Assembly (NCBI GenBank): GCA_951406725.2 | Contig: OX597837.1 | Coordinates: 40,672,001-40,736,000, forward strand | From: Octopus vulgaris | Lineage: Eukaryota | DNA length: 64,000 bases | Reading direction: 5' to 3' | In this document: positions 13,097-27,533 of the stretch, piece after piece | Layout of the letters: each line of letters begins with the position of its first letter | How positions within the stretch are numbered: position 1 is the stretch's first letter | The notes under the pieces: model-generated | Seen by the model: the letters and a program-made list of their open reading frames with translations, nothing else | Told to the model about the DNA's origin: nothing | Database searches by the model: none | Program-made: the position numbers and the translations under genes

Positions 13097-13301
13097 TCAT
13101 GTATGTGTATGTTAAGAGTTTCAAGTCAGTCTTTCATGCAAGAATCAATTTCTCAGTTACTTTTATAAAATACGTTCGATTTTTCTTGTTTTTTTCCTTT
13201 TGTCTCCACGTCGGTTAGAAATTGGTAGGGTTAACCTTATGCATTTATCGATTTAGGACACACTAAGAAGAGCATATACATACGCACGTATGTATGCGTA
13301 T

Positions 13302-13367
<66 letters not shown>

Positions 13368-14251
13368 ATGTATTTATGTATATAAATACAAGGAGAGATA
13401 AATATACTTTTACAGATACAAGTATATATACATACACATGAATGTGGATATATATATATATGTATGTATATATATACACATATATATATTTATGTATATA
13501 TGCATATATACATAAATATATATATTTGTGTGAGTAGAAAGAGAGATAGATATAAGTGTATATACATATATACATGCATACATTCATACATATATATGTA
13601 TTTATATATACACACATATACATGCATATATATAGAAAGTGTTAAATTTCCTCTGATAGTGACACATCATACCTTTTAACAGACAGCATTTCAATGGAAC
13701 GAAGAGTAAACGGATTTGGAGAATTCCACGTAAGGGTAGTAGAATAAATAAAATATGAAGAATCATTCGTCTCTTTGGCGTAGAATCCTTACGTAGACAT
13801 ATTCTGGAAATGTTAGCTTAGCAAAACAAAAAAATATATGACAGCGAAAGGGAAAGGGAGAGAGAGGGAGAGAAGGAGATAAATAGAGACGGAGAAACAG
13901 AGAGAAGGTGAGACTAAGTGAATGTTGGAACAATTTTTAGCACAAATACTCTGCCTGTTTGCTTCTGTCCTCATTGTGGAGCAGCATAATGCTTCTCTGG
14001 TAAATACGTATGCATGAATCTGCATATGGCAGAAGTATGTTCAAAATACTGCTACGTATAACGAAGAGCGTCTGTGACTGCATGCGTAAGCGAAGACGAA
14101 GCGTTCAGTCGTTCATTTTGTATTCGCGTATGTATACTCTTTTTTACTCGTTTCAGTCATTTGACTGCGGCCATGCTGGGGCACCGCCTTTAGTCGAGCA
14201 AATCGACCCCAGGACTTATTCTTTCTAAGCCTAGTGCTTATTCTAACGGTC

Positions 14252-14640
14252 GTGGAGGCGCAATGGCCCAGTGGTTAGGGCAGCGGACTCCCGGTCGTAG
14301 GATCGCGGTTTCGATTCCCAGACCGGGCATTGTGAGTGTTTATTGAGCGAAAACACCTAAAGCTCCACGAGGCTCCGGCAGGGGATGGTGGTGATCCCTG
14401 CTGTACTCTTTCACCACAACTTTCTCTCACTCTTACTTCCTGTTTCTGCTGTACCTGTATTTCAAAGGGCCGGCCTTGTCACTCTCTGTGTCACGCTGAA
14501 TATCCCCGAGAACTACATTAAGGGTATACACGTGTCTGTGGAGTGCTCAGCCACTTACACGTTAATTTCACGAGCGGGCTGTTCCGTTGATTCGGATCAA
14601 CCGGAACCCTCGTCGTCGCAACCGACGGAGTGCTTCCAAA
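14252..14640 (+). mobile_element. SINE family B, full length, flanked by a direct duplication of about 128 bp
   Basis: tRNA-like head GGAGGCGCAATGGCCCAGTGGTTAGGGCAGCGG...TTCGATTCCC. Near-identical to 32968-33348. Flanks 14122-14251 and 14643-14770 are duplicated. Confidence 0.9.
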
Positions 14641-15177
14641 AAATTCGCGTATGTATACTCTTTTGCTTGTTTCAGTCATTTGACTGCGGCCATGCTGGAG
14701 CATCACCTTCAGTCGAGCAAATCGACCCCAGGACTTATTCTTTGTAAGACTAGTGCTTACTCTAACGGTCTCTAACCAATCATGATAATTCGATTCTAAA
14801 ACTTCAAAACCGATCGTCTGCTATTTTTCGTCCGTTTTCTTTGGTTCCGCTCTTTGAAAATCGGTTACAAGAAACGCTGTGTAAGGATTTTTGCAGTTCC
14901 TGCTAACAATATCTGTATATATATGTGTGCGTGTGTGTGTTGTGTGCAGCGTGCTTGCATTTATATGTGTGCATGTGTGTATCTGTACCTCTGTTTGCAA
15001 GTATGTATGTGCTATATGTGTGTATATATCTATATGTATACGTAAAATATGTATGTACACACGCGCGTTCGTGCACGCACACACATTCACCACCCCCCCA
15101 CACACACACACACATGTGGAAATATGTGGAACTGCTGTCTACTTGCAAATGCAATTGATAGATACACGTATATATAT

Positions 15178-15211
<34 letters not shown>

Positions 15212-15371
15212 CATGCGTGTGTACGTATATATACGTTTTTATATATATACATATATATACGTTTATATATGTATGTGTATATATATATGTATATATATCC
15301 TTATGCATATACATATATATATATATACAAGTATATATTTATACATTTATATATGTGTGTATGTATGTATG

Positions 15372-15403
<32 letters not shown>

Positions 15404-15517
15404 TATACATGAGTGTGTACGTATATATACGTTTTTATATATACACACATATATATATACGTATATATGCGTTTATATATGTATGTGTATATATATGTAT
15501 ATATATATATATCATTA

Positions 15518-15560
<43 letters not shown>

Positions 15561-15587
15561 TTTTTTATACAAATATGTATACATATA

Positions 15588-15632
<45 letters not shown>

Positions 15633-16181
15633 AGAGAGATAGATAGATACATACATACATGCATACGTGCATATTTACATACAGACATACAGACATACAT
15701 ACATACATAAAAATATACTTATAGTTATACATATATAAATATGCAGATAGACAGTTAGACAGAAACATATATATCGAACACACGCACGCACACACACACA
15801 CACATACACACACATACAGATAACAGTCGTAACAATACAAAACAGGCGTTCGCCCATCAGTTTACAGATCGCTGTTGTAGGGGGGGAAACTCTCACGAGT
15901 TAACCAAACACAGACATATTGCCGCCATTGCTAATACAATTATTCTTCTCGCTGCCCGAATTTTTTCTGCATTTTGCCAATATTCAACATGTCAGTCATT
16001 CCCAGAGAAATACATTTTCTCGAGGAGAACCTCGTTATGGTCGCTCCGGTTGCTGGATATAAGCATTAAAGTTTCTAGAATTGTTCTCGAAGGTTTTTTT
16101 TCTTTTTTTTTTTTTTTTTCAAAAAGGTGGATATAAATTGTCGAATTTAATCCTTGACATGTAAAGGAGAACGTAAAGGTT

Positions 16182-16200
16182 GTCACGTGACGGCCGGAAG
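16182..16200. promoter_or_regulatory. Candidate composite site: palindromic E-box (USF/TFEB-type) next to an ETS core
   Basis: GTCACGTGAC at 16182-16191 and CCGGAAG at 16194-16200, inside a non-repetitive island. Motif match only. Confidence 0.25.
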
Positions 16201-16284
16201 GGCTTTGAAAGTAGACTTTTTTTTCTGTTTGATCTACGTTGATCTGCGATTGAACGACCGCTTGTGCTATTGTTGCTGCTACGT

Positions 16285-17250
<966 letters not shown>

Positions 17251-17617
17251 GGAGTGAAGATGGTGCCGCTACATTTAATTCTCGATGGTTCCAAACTTTA
17301 TTGTCATGTAGTCCAGAGCAAAAAAACTAAAAATAGAAAAACAATTATAAGGAAAACACGCAAAATATCTCTGACCAGATTCGACATATTGTAATACAAC
17401 CCCGTCTCTCTCTCTCTGTCTCACTCCTTCTCTCTATCTTTCTCTATCTCTCTGTTTCTCTCTCTTTCTTTCTCTTTCTCTTTCCTTTTTCTCTGTCTAT
17501 CTATCTATCTATCTATCCATCAATATATCTTATGCGTCTATATATGCATATATGCGTATGTGTGTGCATGCAAGCACATATATAAACACACTTGTAAACA
17601 AAAGAGTGTCCTCTCTC

Positions 17618-17653
<36 letters not shown>

Positions 17654-18225
17654 GCATACAAATATGTATATATACATATATATACACATATATATATATA
17701 TATATGTGCATATATATATATATATATATATATTTGTATGTATATATAAAGATATATATATATATTATATATAATATATATATATATATATATATGTACG
17801 TATATATAAATTATATGTGTCTGTCTGTGAATACAAACACACACACACACTCACACAAACACCCATGCGCGCGCGCACATACACATGGATGCGTGCATTA
17901 TATACCCTGATATAGTATAGCTGATAATGGGTTTACTTCGCATCATATTACATAAAATATTATCTGATTCAATTGAAACAATTCTCTGATTCGACCTCCG
18001 ATGATTTACAATTACTATATTGGGACATATACATAAACACATCAACACCAGAAGCATCAGCAACATCTCCAACACCACCACCACCTGCCCCATCAACATC
18101 ATCAACACCATTTACACACATATATATGTATGGATATGTATGTTTGTGTATGCATAAACTTATACATGCATGCATACTTATATACAGACATACATATACG
18201 TATATAAACATATATATATACATAC

Positions 18226-18295
<70 letters not shown>

Positions 18296-18382
18296 CAAAT
18301 GGCGGTGCCTCAGCATACCCTCAGTTCGGGAGTTGAAACTGGTTAAATTCAAACCAATTCATAGACACACACACACGCATGC

Positions 18383-18548
<166 letters not shown>

Positions 18549-18776
18549 ATATAAACACATACATATGTATATTTATGTATATATGTTAAATGAAATTAGA
18601 CAACAAAGCCAAGGCTGTGTGGAATTTTCTGGACAAAAGGAATGCAACGCAAGTTAAACTGAATTCCACCCATAAGGGACTGTAACAGGTTGGGTCGAAA
18701 CGACCCTTGTACGAAATAAAGATTGATACCAACTCAACATTATTATTATTTACAATTTTTACAATTTTACAATATT

Positions 18777-18914
18777 CTTTACTACTCTAGGCACCAGCCT
18801 TGAAATTTTATGGGAGGGGAGCAGTCGATTAGATCGACCCCAGTACGCAACTGGTACTTAATTTATCGACCCCGAAAGGATGAAAGGCAAAGTCGACTTC
18901 GGCGGAATTTGAAC
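18777..18914 (-). mobile_element. 5'-truncated Meta/MESC-domain SINE with a 16 bp TSD
   Basis: TCGACCCCGAAAGGATGAAAGGCAAAGTCGAC core. ACAATTTTACAATATT occurs at 18761-18776 and 18915-18930. Confidence 0.85.
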
Positions 18915-18962
18915 ACAATTTTACAATATTATAATAATATAATATTATACATTTACTGTGAT

Positions 18963-19001
18963 GAAACTAGTACTTTCATGCGTTACGCGATCATTAGGTT
19001 T
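18963..19001 (-). ncRNA. Degenerate minimal hammerhead (G5A)
   Basis: AAAC-CUAAUGA-U-CGCG UAA CGCA-U-GAA-AGUACU-A-GUUU. It is the paralog of 20783-20822. Confidence 0.5.
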
Positions 19002-19424
19002 ATGTAGTAGTAATAGTGACAGTCGTGTTCAGCAATTGACAATTGCAGTGAAATGGTTAGATTTATCCTTCAAATACTCTCTGATGGGTTCCATCCGGCT
19101 GAATCTTACGAACTTTATTTTGATCAATCAGTATGTGGCTTATACGTCACGGTTTGCTGAGCGCGCCAATTAATGTTCGGATTGTATTTCGACCAATCAG
19201 TGTGTGTCTTAGATGTCACGGTTTGGCGATTGTGACAACTTGGTTAGCATTTATCTCACTTCTTTCAACGAAATGTTTTGGCCAATTGGTGAGCGACTTA
19301 GACGTCACAGTTTGGTGGGCACGTCAGGAATTCTTTACTTTGACCGCACATAAAGAAATAATTGTTTGGCTATATTTAGGAATGGTGTAAACATCATTCC
19401 TGCTTTCATTGAATTCTATTGCTG

Positions 19425-19991
19425 TTGGGTTGTCCGGAAAGTTCGTGCCGATTTTTAAAGGAAAGGAAAAGGTCAATAAATACTTACCATTACATTTTTA
19501 ATCAACCAAATATGAACCATTTTGTTGCACAATGCGTCTCCATCTTTCCTTTGATTTGAAAAATACCTTCTTCCCAGAATTGAGGTGGTTTCATGACAAA
19601 GAATTCATCAATATATCTTTTTACGTCATCTAAAGAATTGAAATTTTTACCATTAAGACTATTCTGCAGAGACTTGAATAAGTGGAAATCCGAAAGAGCA
19701 ATATCTGGTGAATATGGAGGGTGGGGTAACACATCCCAGCCGAGCTGCAGCAATTTTTGTCTGGTTCCCAAAGCACCAAGTGCCGAAAATGAACATTCTT
19801 ATCTTCCATTTTAAAGGGTTACAGAATTAACGCAGGTTATAGGAACATAAACCTTCTTCCACGAAAAGATAGCTTAAACTGTGCTCTAAATGGAGGTGTA
19901 GTCATATCCTATTTTATGGACTCAACCATGTTCTAAAATAAGTCGAAAGGTAAGCTACTATAAATCGGCACAAACTTTCCGGACAACCCAA
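19425..19991 (-). mobile_element. Internally deleted mariner transposon with intact TIRs
   Basis: 30 bp TIRs TTGGGTTGTCCGGAAAGTTCGTGCCGATTT / AAATCGGCACAAACTTTCCGGACAACCCAA, with TA on the right. The N-terminus MEDKNVHFRHL (ATG at 19809) is fused out of frame to LGWDVLPHPPYSPDIALSDFHLF. Confidence 0.95.
19502..19809 (-). pseudogene. mariner (DD34D-type) transposase remnant
   Basis: A YSPDLAPxD-like motif (YSPDIALSD) and the C-terminal helix remain. The central region is deleted. Confidence 0.9.
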
Positions 19992-20782
19992 TATAATTTT
20001 CTAAAAATGTTGCATTTCAATCCAGTCAATATTGACATTGTTAATACCTACACCATCATCACCGTCACTCTTATTATTGTTGTTGTTAGTGATTGTGGTG
20101 GTGGTGGTGGTGATGATGGTGGTGGTGATGGTGGTGGTGGTGGTGGTGGTGGTGGTGGTGATGGTGGTGGTCGTGGTGATGGTGGTGGTCGTGGTCGTGG
20201 TGGAGATGGTGGTGGTGGTGGTGATGGTGGTAGTGGTGATCGTGGTGATCGTGGTGGTCGTTGGGGTCGCGTAGGTAGTTGTAGTAGTAATAGCAGTAGT
20301 ACTTACCATTATTATTAGTATCATCATCATTACAGCTATCACCGTTACCATGACTATTATTCTTTTTGTACATTTAAAACGGATTTGAATTTATCAATAA
20401 AATTCTTTTCTCTGATTTTTCTCACGACTTCACTTGGGTTGTGTAGTTTGTAGAACGGGAATATTGTAAACGTTTTCTGATTACATGTTGCCACATGGTT
20501 GCTTAATGGAATTTGACAGACATTAGGGACCCTAATTTGTTGTCAGTGCACACGTGAACATACTGAAAATGCATTCCCAGTCTCACCAACGTATATCTCT
20601 CCACAATTCGGGCATTTGATGCAGCAAATTAAATTTCTGCTTTTGCAGTTCATATTTGCATACTGATTGCTCAAAAGATAGCTCCTAACACTCAACCTGT
20701 TGCAGCCACCCGGAAGTTTTTAAAGGACATATTTAATCATTTTACTACAGTTGCCAATTGTGGAACACGACTTTCATTACAT

Positions 20783-20822
20783 AAAGCCTGATGATTGCGT
20801 AACACACGAAAGTACTAGTTTC
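20783..20822 (+). ncRNA. Minimal type I hammerhead-like motif
   Basis: AAGC-CUGAUGA-U-UGCG UAA CACA-C-GAA-AGUACU-A-GUUU. Helix III is the palindrome AGUACU and the triplet is CUA. Confidence 0.6.
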
Positions 20823-21175
20823 TTTACAATATATATATAATAGTACATTATTATAATACTGTAAAATCGTAAAATTGTAAATATTAAAACGTGAAATTTA
20901 GACTGTATTAGAATTTCATTGATAAATATGTGTGTATATATATATATATATTAATTTGATCTAGTTTCAGCTCATGTCTTTTGCCGAACCGCTAGGTTAC
21001 GGGGACCTAAGTACACCAGAATCTGTTGTCAAGCGATGGTGTGAAGACAAAGACAGACACACATGCACAAATATATTACATACATATATATATATGCGTA
21101 TATTATATATATATATATATAAATATGTGTATGTATATATATGTATATTGGAGATATATATGTATGTAAATCTCT

Positions 21176-21263
<88 letters not shown>

Positions 21264-21379
21264 TATATACATACATACATATAGACCAACGTACATATAC
21301 ATATACATATGAACAGAGTTATCCGGGTGTTCAGAGTATGGTATTTATTATTGGGGTACTCCATTTAGGCTATTTATGG

Positions 21380-21667
21380 TTATAGGGGTGCTGGCGTGTT
21401 CCTGCTGTAATAGATGAAGGAAAGTTTCTTGGCATGTATACAGCGTGCAATACTTTCAGATAAATTGTTGACGAGTCTTTCTCTAGTTAATAACGATGGA
21501 CAAAGATTCTTCCAAACGCAGCACACACCTCCTGGAAAGGGGGGGGGGCGTTGTGCGTATCTTGTAAATCCCCAGGACACTTCGTAATTAATATTGTCTG
21601 ATATCAATTTCCACAGGAAACTCGCCAGCATTGTTGCCTGTCTCTTAGTTACGCTTTTGAAGATGAA
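21380..21667 (-). pseudogene. Penelope-like element GIY-YIG endonuclease C-terminal remnant (frameshifted)
   Basis: Frames joined across shifts read ATMLASFLWKLISDNINYEVSW / RRCVLRLEESLSI / RLVNNLSESIARCIHAKKL. This matches the T-L-S-x-x-W-x-L...W...CxLCxxE...N...E...CxH pattern I recall for PLE endonucleases. Confidence 0.65.
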
Positions 21668-21684
21668 CAAACATACATACAGAC

Positions 21685-21787
<103 letters not shown>

Positions 21788-21808
21788 TAGATAGATAGAT
21801 AGATAGAG

Positions 21809-21886
<78 letters not shown>

Positions 21887-22281
21887 GCAGATTGATAAAT
21901 AGATACATGGATAGATAATTTCTATAGACATGTGTGTACATATATATTTCTATACGTATATGTGTGTGTGTGTGTGTATGATTGTGAATGTATAATTACA
22001 TACATATGTATATCTATTAGACATACACAGGAAGAAGTTGAACGTAAAGTATTCGTTACACGATATCAAAATGTCCACGATGTTGTGCCGCCATCATATA
22101 AAGTACATATGGTCAATGGTGCGCTAAGAGAGTTTTGTTTCAACGAATGAATGGAACATGCATAGATATATCAAGTAGTACAGTATATATAAACACACAC
22201 ACACACACATACACGCACACATAAACACACACATACATACATACATTTATATGTGTGTGTATAAATAAATAAATATCTGTG

Positions 22282-22322
<41 letters not shown>

Positions 22323-22327
22323 GTGTG

Positions 22328-22367
<40 letters not shown>

Positions 22368-22617
22368 CACGTTTTTATACGTATGGATGTATATGTAGGC
22401 AGTGATCTTAAGCGATTTTCTTTTCTCTCTGATTACTATCAACCCATAGCATAGAACGCCAATAGATGTAGTTGCAAATGTGATACGTTAACGGTGATAT
22501 CGTCTTGACCTATATAACTACAGATTTCTGATATCACACACAAATGCGTGTATCTATATATATATATATACATACATATATGTATGTATGTATGAACATA
22601 TAAACATACACAAATTA

Positions 22618-22657
<40 letters not shown>

Positions 22658-23056
22658 GATATGACATGGTATGATATACGTATATATGTACAATAGACAT
22701 GTGTATTTGTATGTGATATACGATATAGTTAAGATAAATCTCTAAAAACTACAAAGATATCTTTATCAAGATGATTTTATTTTGAAACTACATCGAGAAA
22801 TTCAATCTTTTCATACAACAAAAACAAAAAAAAAAAAATCTTCTATATTTCTCTATTTCAGTATATTACTATATTTTAGCTCTCTCTCCCTTCTTCTCTC
22901 TCTCCCCCTGTCTCTTTCTCTCTTTCTCTCTTCCTCTCTCCCTCTCTCTGTCTCTCTTTCTCTCTCCATCCCCATTTAGAATATCTCTCCCACATTCACA
23001 CATGAATACAAACACACGCAGATACATATACACTCATATAAATAGATATATGTATA

Positions 23057-23140
<84 letters not shown>

Positions 23141-23425
23141 CACATACATATATAGATGTATGTATTTATGTGTATATATATGTGTGTGTGTGTCTGTGTG
23201 TATGTGTGTATATGTTCTTGCATACATACACACATACGTACGGGCATGTGTGGGCGTATGTGTGCGTGTGACCATATATAGATATGCAGAATGTTAAATA
23301 GATAGAAAGATAGATAACTAGATGTATAGATAGAGAGAGAGATATACCTATACATATAAGGACACATATACACACATACATCCATATACATCCACATACA
23401 CACACATATATATATATACATGATT

Positions 23426-23458
<33 letters not shown>

Positions 23459-23469
23459 GTGTGTGTGTG

Positions 23470-23683
23470 CAGGAGTGGCTGTGTGGTAAGTAGCTTGCTA
23501 ACCAACCACACGGTTGCGGGTTCAGTCCCACTGCGTGGCCCCCTTAGCATTGCTTGACAACCGATGCTGGTGTGTTTAGGTCCCCGTCACTTAGCGGTTC
23601 GGCAAAAAGAGACCGATAGAATAAGTACTAAAAGGTGGTGCTCCAGCATGGCCGCAGTCAAATGACTGAAACAAGTAAAAGAG

Positions 23684-23685
<2 letters not shown>
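23470..23685 (+). mobile_element. SINE family A with internal deletions
   Basis: The head is joined at TGGCCCC directly to the tail, removing the internal microsatellite. Confidence 0.85.
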
Positions 23686-23734
<49 letters not shown>

Positions 23735-24218
23735 TTATGCAATCACACTTACAGATAGGAGCATATATATGTTTATACACATATATGTAAATCTATGTGC
23801 ATGTATAATACATATATATATAAATAAAAATATGTGTATATAATTTATTTCTCTCAACTTTCACTTTCACTTTGAGTTCTATCTGATATCCTCACACATC
23901 AGCTGTCGCAGCACCGCCCCCCCCACCTTCAATCATTATGTATCTCTTTATTTTCTTTTTAAATTCTCCACTTTAATTAATCAAGCGACTCTCACACATT
24001 TTCAAATATGCATTTTATTAAATTTCTGCACATTCAAACGATCAAATACCATATACGTACATGTATATGTATATTTATATAGATATAGATATACACTTAT
24101 ATATATATATATAAAGTGTGTTTATATGTATATATATACTTTTATATATATACACACGCACACACTTATACATACACTTATACATATAGATATATATACG
24201 ATATACACACACACACAC

Positions 24219-24258
<40 letters not shown>

Positions 24259-24820
24259 TGGGTGGCCTTTCCGGCGTGTGCACAGGCGCTGTCCCACAAC
24301 TTCCAGTTCTTTCATCAATATTAATTCATCTTTGGAAATAATCACCCGACCGAAGAGAGTCACATTAAAAAAAAGTTCTTTTCGAAATAAAAATCAACCA
24401 AAAAATAACGAAAATTCTCTTCACAATGAAAAGAATCAACACCAGAAACCAGCATTCGGTCGAAGCTAATCAAGAATTTTTACATTGGGTGATTAGAAAA
24501 TATGGCTGACAGGTTAAAGAATGTATTTTTTTTTACCTATTTATTGTTATTTATTAATTTATTTTTCATTTATTTGTGTGGGGGTGGTTTTTTTTGTTGT
24601 TATTATTTGTCTTTTAATTCTCATTTCTTCTGTCGAATATCATTTATATTTGGAAATCAGACATGACCAAACTAGTCGATAATTGATCAGTAAGACGAAA
24701 TAAGTTTTGAATTTGTTTTCTTTTTTCTTGTTTTGTTTTGTGTTTTGTTTTGTTATTTCCGTTTCGCTTTTGTCTTTTTCACGGTTTTCTGTGATTGGTA
24801 ATATCGATCTTTAGAATGCC

Positions 24821-24900
<80 letters not shown>

Positions 24901-25722
24901 CGTGTGTGTGTATGTGTGTGTGTGTATGTATGTATGCATGTATGTATGTATGTATGTATGTATGTATAAATGCATGTATGAATGTATGCTTGTATGTATG
25001 TATGTATGTATGTATGTATGTATGTATAAATGCATGAATGCGCGTGTGTTCCGTTATATATGTGTAGATTCAAGGGAAATACAAATATATGTATGGAATA
25101 CAATTTACATACATTATACATGATAGACACGATATGTCTGCACATCAATAGATATACACGCAAATAATTACATACACTCATACACAAACACACTCAGACA
25201 CACCTATACACACGCAGTCACACAGTATGCCTATGAACGTATATGTATGCAGATATATACATTTATAGAGTTTGTGCATACATCTAACATGTATCTATCT
25301 ATTAATCTATGTATGTATGTATATATATATGTGTGTGTGTGTATGCGTATATATATATGCGTATATATATGTCTGTAAACTCATACAGACATACATATAC
25401 ACATATATACACAGATATCCTTCCATCCATCAATCCTTACATACATATATACATACATGCGTGCATACGTACATATACACACATACATACATGCAAAGAA
25501 GCGTACATACCTGCATACATATATACAAACATATTCACACATGCATACTGATATACATTTCCGTAAACACACACGCACACACTCATACACAGCATCCATA
25601 CGTACAGACACATACATATACACGCATTCATATATACTTGCAAACAAAGTATATATCTACATACATACATGCATACTTACATAAATACAATCATACATAT
25701 ATGCATACAAACATACATATAT

Positions 25723-25821
<99 letters not shown>

Positions 25822-26321
25822 ATTTTTTATATATACAGCCATATAATACATACGTATGCGTTTATCTCATGGGAATACTTTTCATTCGAACACATTTTAT
25901 GGATATCACAAATAAATATGCTCTACTATTAGCATTTTTTACTTTTATTAACAAACTTTTTTCATCACATTTTCCTTATTAGTTCTTTATGCTTTGTTAG
26001 GAACAATAAATCTACGAGGTCCTCAGACGTTTCAAGACCTCATATTTTTTTCCTCATGGATAAAATTATATCAAAAATTCTAGTTATTGCCGTTTCTATT
26101 ATAGATTAAAATCATAGCAACGTTGTTTTGTCAGTCAAATAGGTAATATGAATGTAATATGAATGTTTTGGAAGAAAAAAAAGTCTCTAAGCAGACGATG
26201 TAGTTGTTTTTAATATGGCTTCCGTATTTTTTCACAAATCAAAATTTTTTTTTTACATATTCTGCGATATCTTCTATACAAGGTCCGTTGCTACGAAAGC
26301 TTAATAAAATTCTCAAATTTA

Positions 26322-26443
<122 letters not shown>

Positions 26444-26640
26444 ATATTTCTTCTTCTTCTTCTTCTTCTACTTCTACTTCTTCTTTTTCTTTTTCTTTTT
26501 CTTCTTCTTCTTCTTCTTCTTATTATTATTATTATTATTATAAGTCGTTGTAGAAGTAGCAGTAGCAATAGTAATTGTAGTAGTAGCAGCAGCAGCAATA
26601 CTAGTAATAGTAGCAGCAGCAGCAGCTGTACCTATGGTAG

Positions 26641-27425
26641 TAGTTAGTTAGTTAGTTAGTTAATTTGGCTCAAAAGCAAATAGCAAGGCCATGTAGGGGG
26701 ACATGGAGTTAAGTACAGGGTGGTGTTCATGTAAAGAGTTCAGGCCACTTGAGGTCCAGGGAGACTTTGAACAAAGCGGTCGTCGGCATCTTCAGCATCT
26801 CGTCTGGCAGCTTGTTCCACGGATCCGCAACCCGGACGGAGAAAGCTCCTCTCCTTCGATTGAGATGAAATCGTCGCAGGTAGAGCTTTTCGGAATGACC
26901 CCGCAGCCGACGCCCTGGAGCAGGAGTGAAGAACAGCTCTTTCGAGAGGTTACACTTTCCTCTTATGATGTTGTGGGTGAGAATGAGATCACCACGGCGG
27001 CGACGTTTATCAAGAGAATAAAGGTCGAGCGTCCTCAGCCTTTCTTCATAGGACAAATTTTTGAGACCATGAACCATGCGGGTAGCCAGCGTCTGGACTC
27101 TTTCGAGATGCTGTATGTCTTTGAGGAGATAAGGAGAAGAGGCTTGAATCCCGTACTCCAATATGGGTCTCACCAGCGTGACATAGAGTAGTAGGAATAT
27201 GGCTGCTGTGAGCATTCCGAATGACCGTCGAATCAAGAACAGAATTCCGCGTGCTTTGTTGGCAGCATGGACGCACTGGGCCGAAGGCGAAAAGGAGGAA
27301 TCCACCAACATACCCAGGTCCTTTACCTGATCGGTCCTCTCCAGCAGCAGACGACCCGGCTCGAAATCAAGTTGAGTTGCAGGATGAGAGCCAACAGGCA
27401 GATGACAGCACTTTGACACGTTCAG
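26641..27425 (-). mobile_element. 5'-truncated CR1-clade LINE: post-RT ORF2 C-terminus, 3' UTR and (TAAC)n tail
   Basis: Uninterrupted frame NVSKC...VKDLG..VD...LYVTLVRPILEYG...LERVQ...RRRRGDLI...RLRGH...FSVRV..WNKLP, stop at 26727. Inserted in a (TAG/CAG)n tract. Confidence 0.95.
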
Positions 27426-27475
27426 ACACAGTAGTAGTAGAAGTTGCAGCAGCAACAGCAGCAGCAGCAGCAGCT

Positions 27476-27533
<58 letters not shown>

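Larger units (their letters stand above)
18750..20881. mobile_element. Old pair of diverged inverted repeats of about 220-250 bp (Penelope-like pseudo-LTRs), with a nested SINE and mariner
   Basis: 18915-19135 aligns with the reverse complement of about 20658-20881. Example: GAAACTAGTACTTTCATGCGTTACGCGATCATTAGG versus GAAACTAGTACTTTCGTGTGTTACGCAATCATCAGG. Confidence 0.7.

Noticed and set aside
14252-14330. tRNA genes
   Set aside because: The tRNA-like A and B boxes continue into multi-copy SINE bodies. These are SINE heads, not tRNA genes.
26703-27191. 162 aa plus-strand ORF
   Set aside because: It is the antisense shadow of the CR1 ORF2 fragment.
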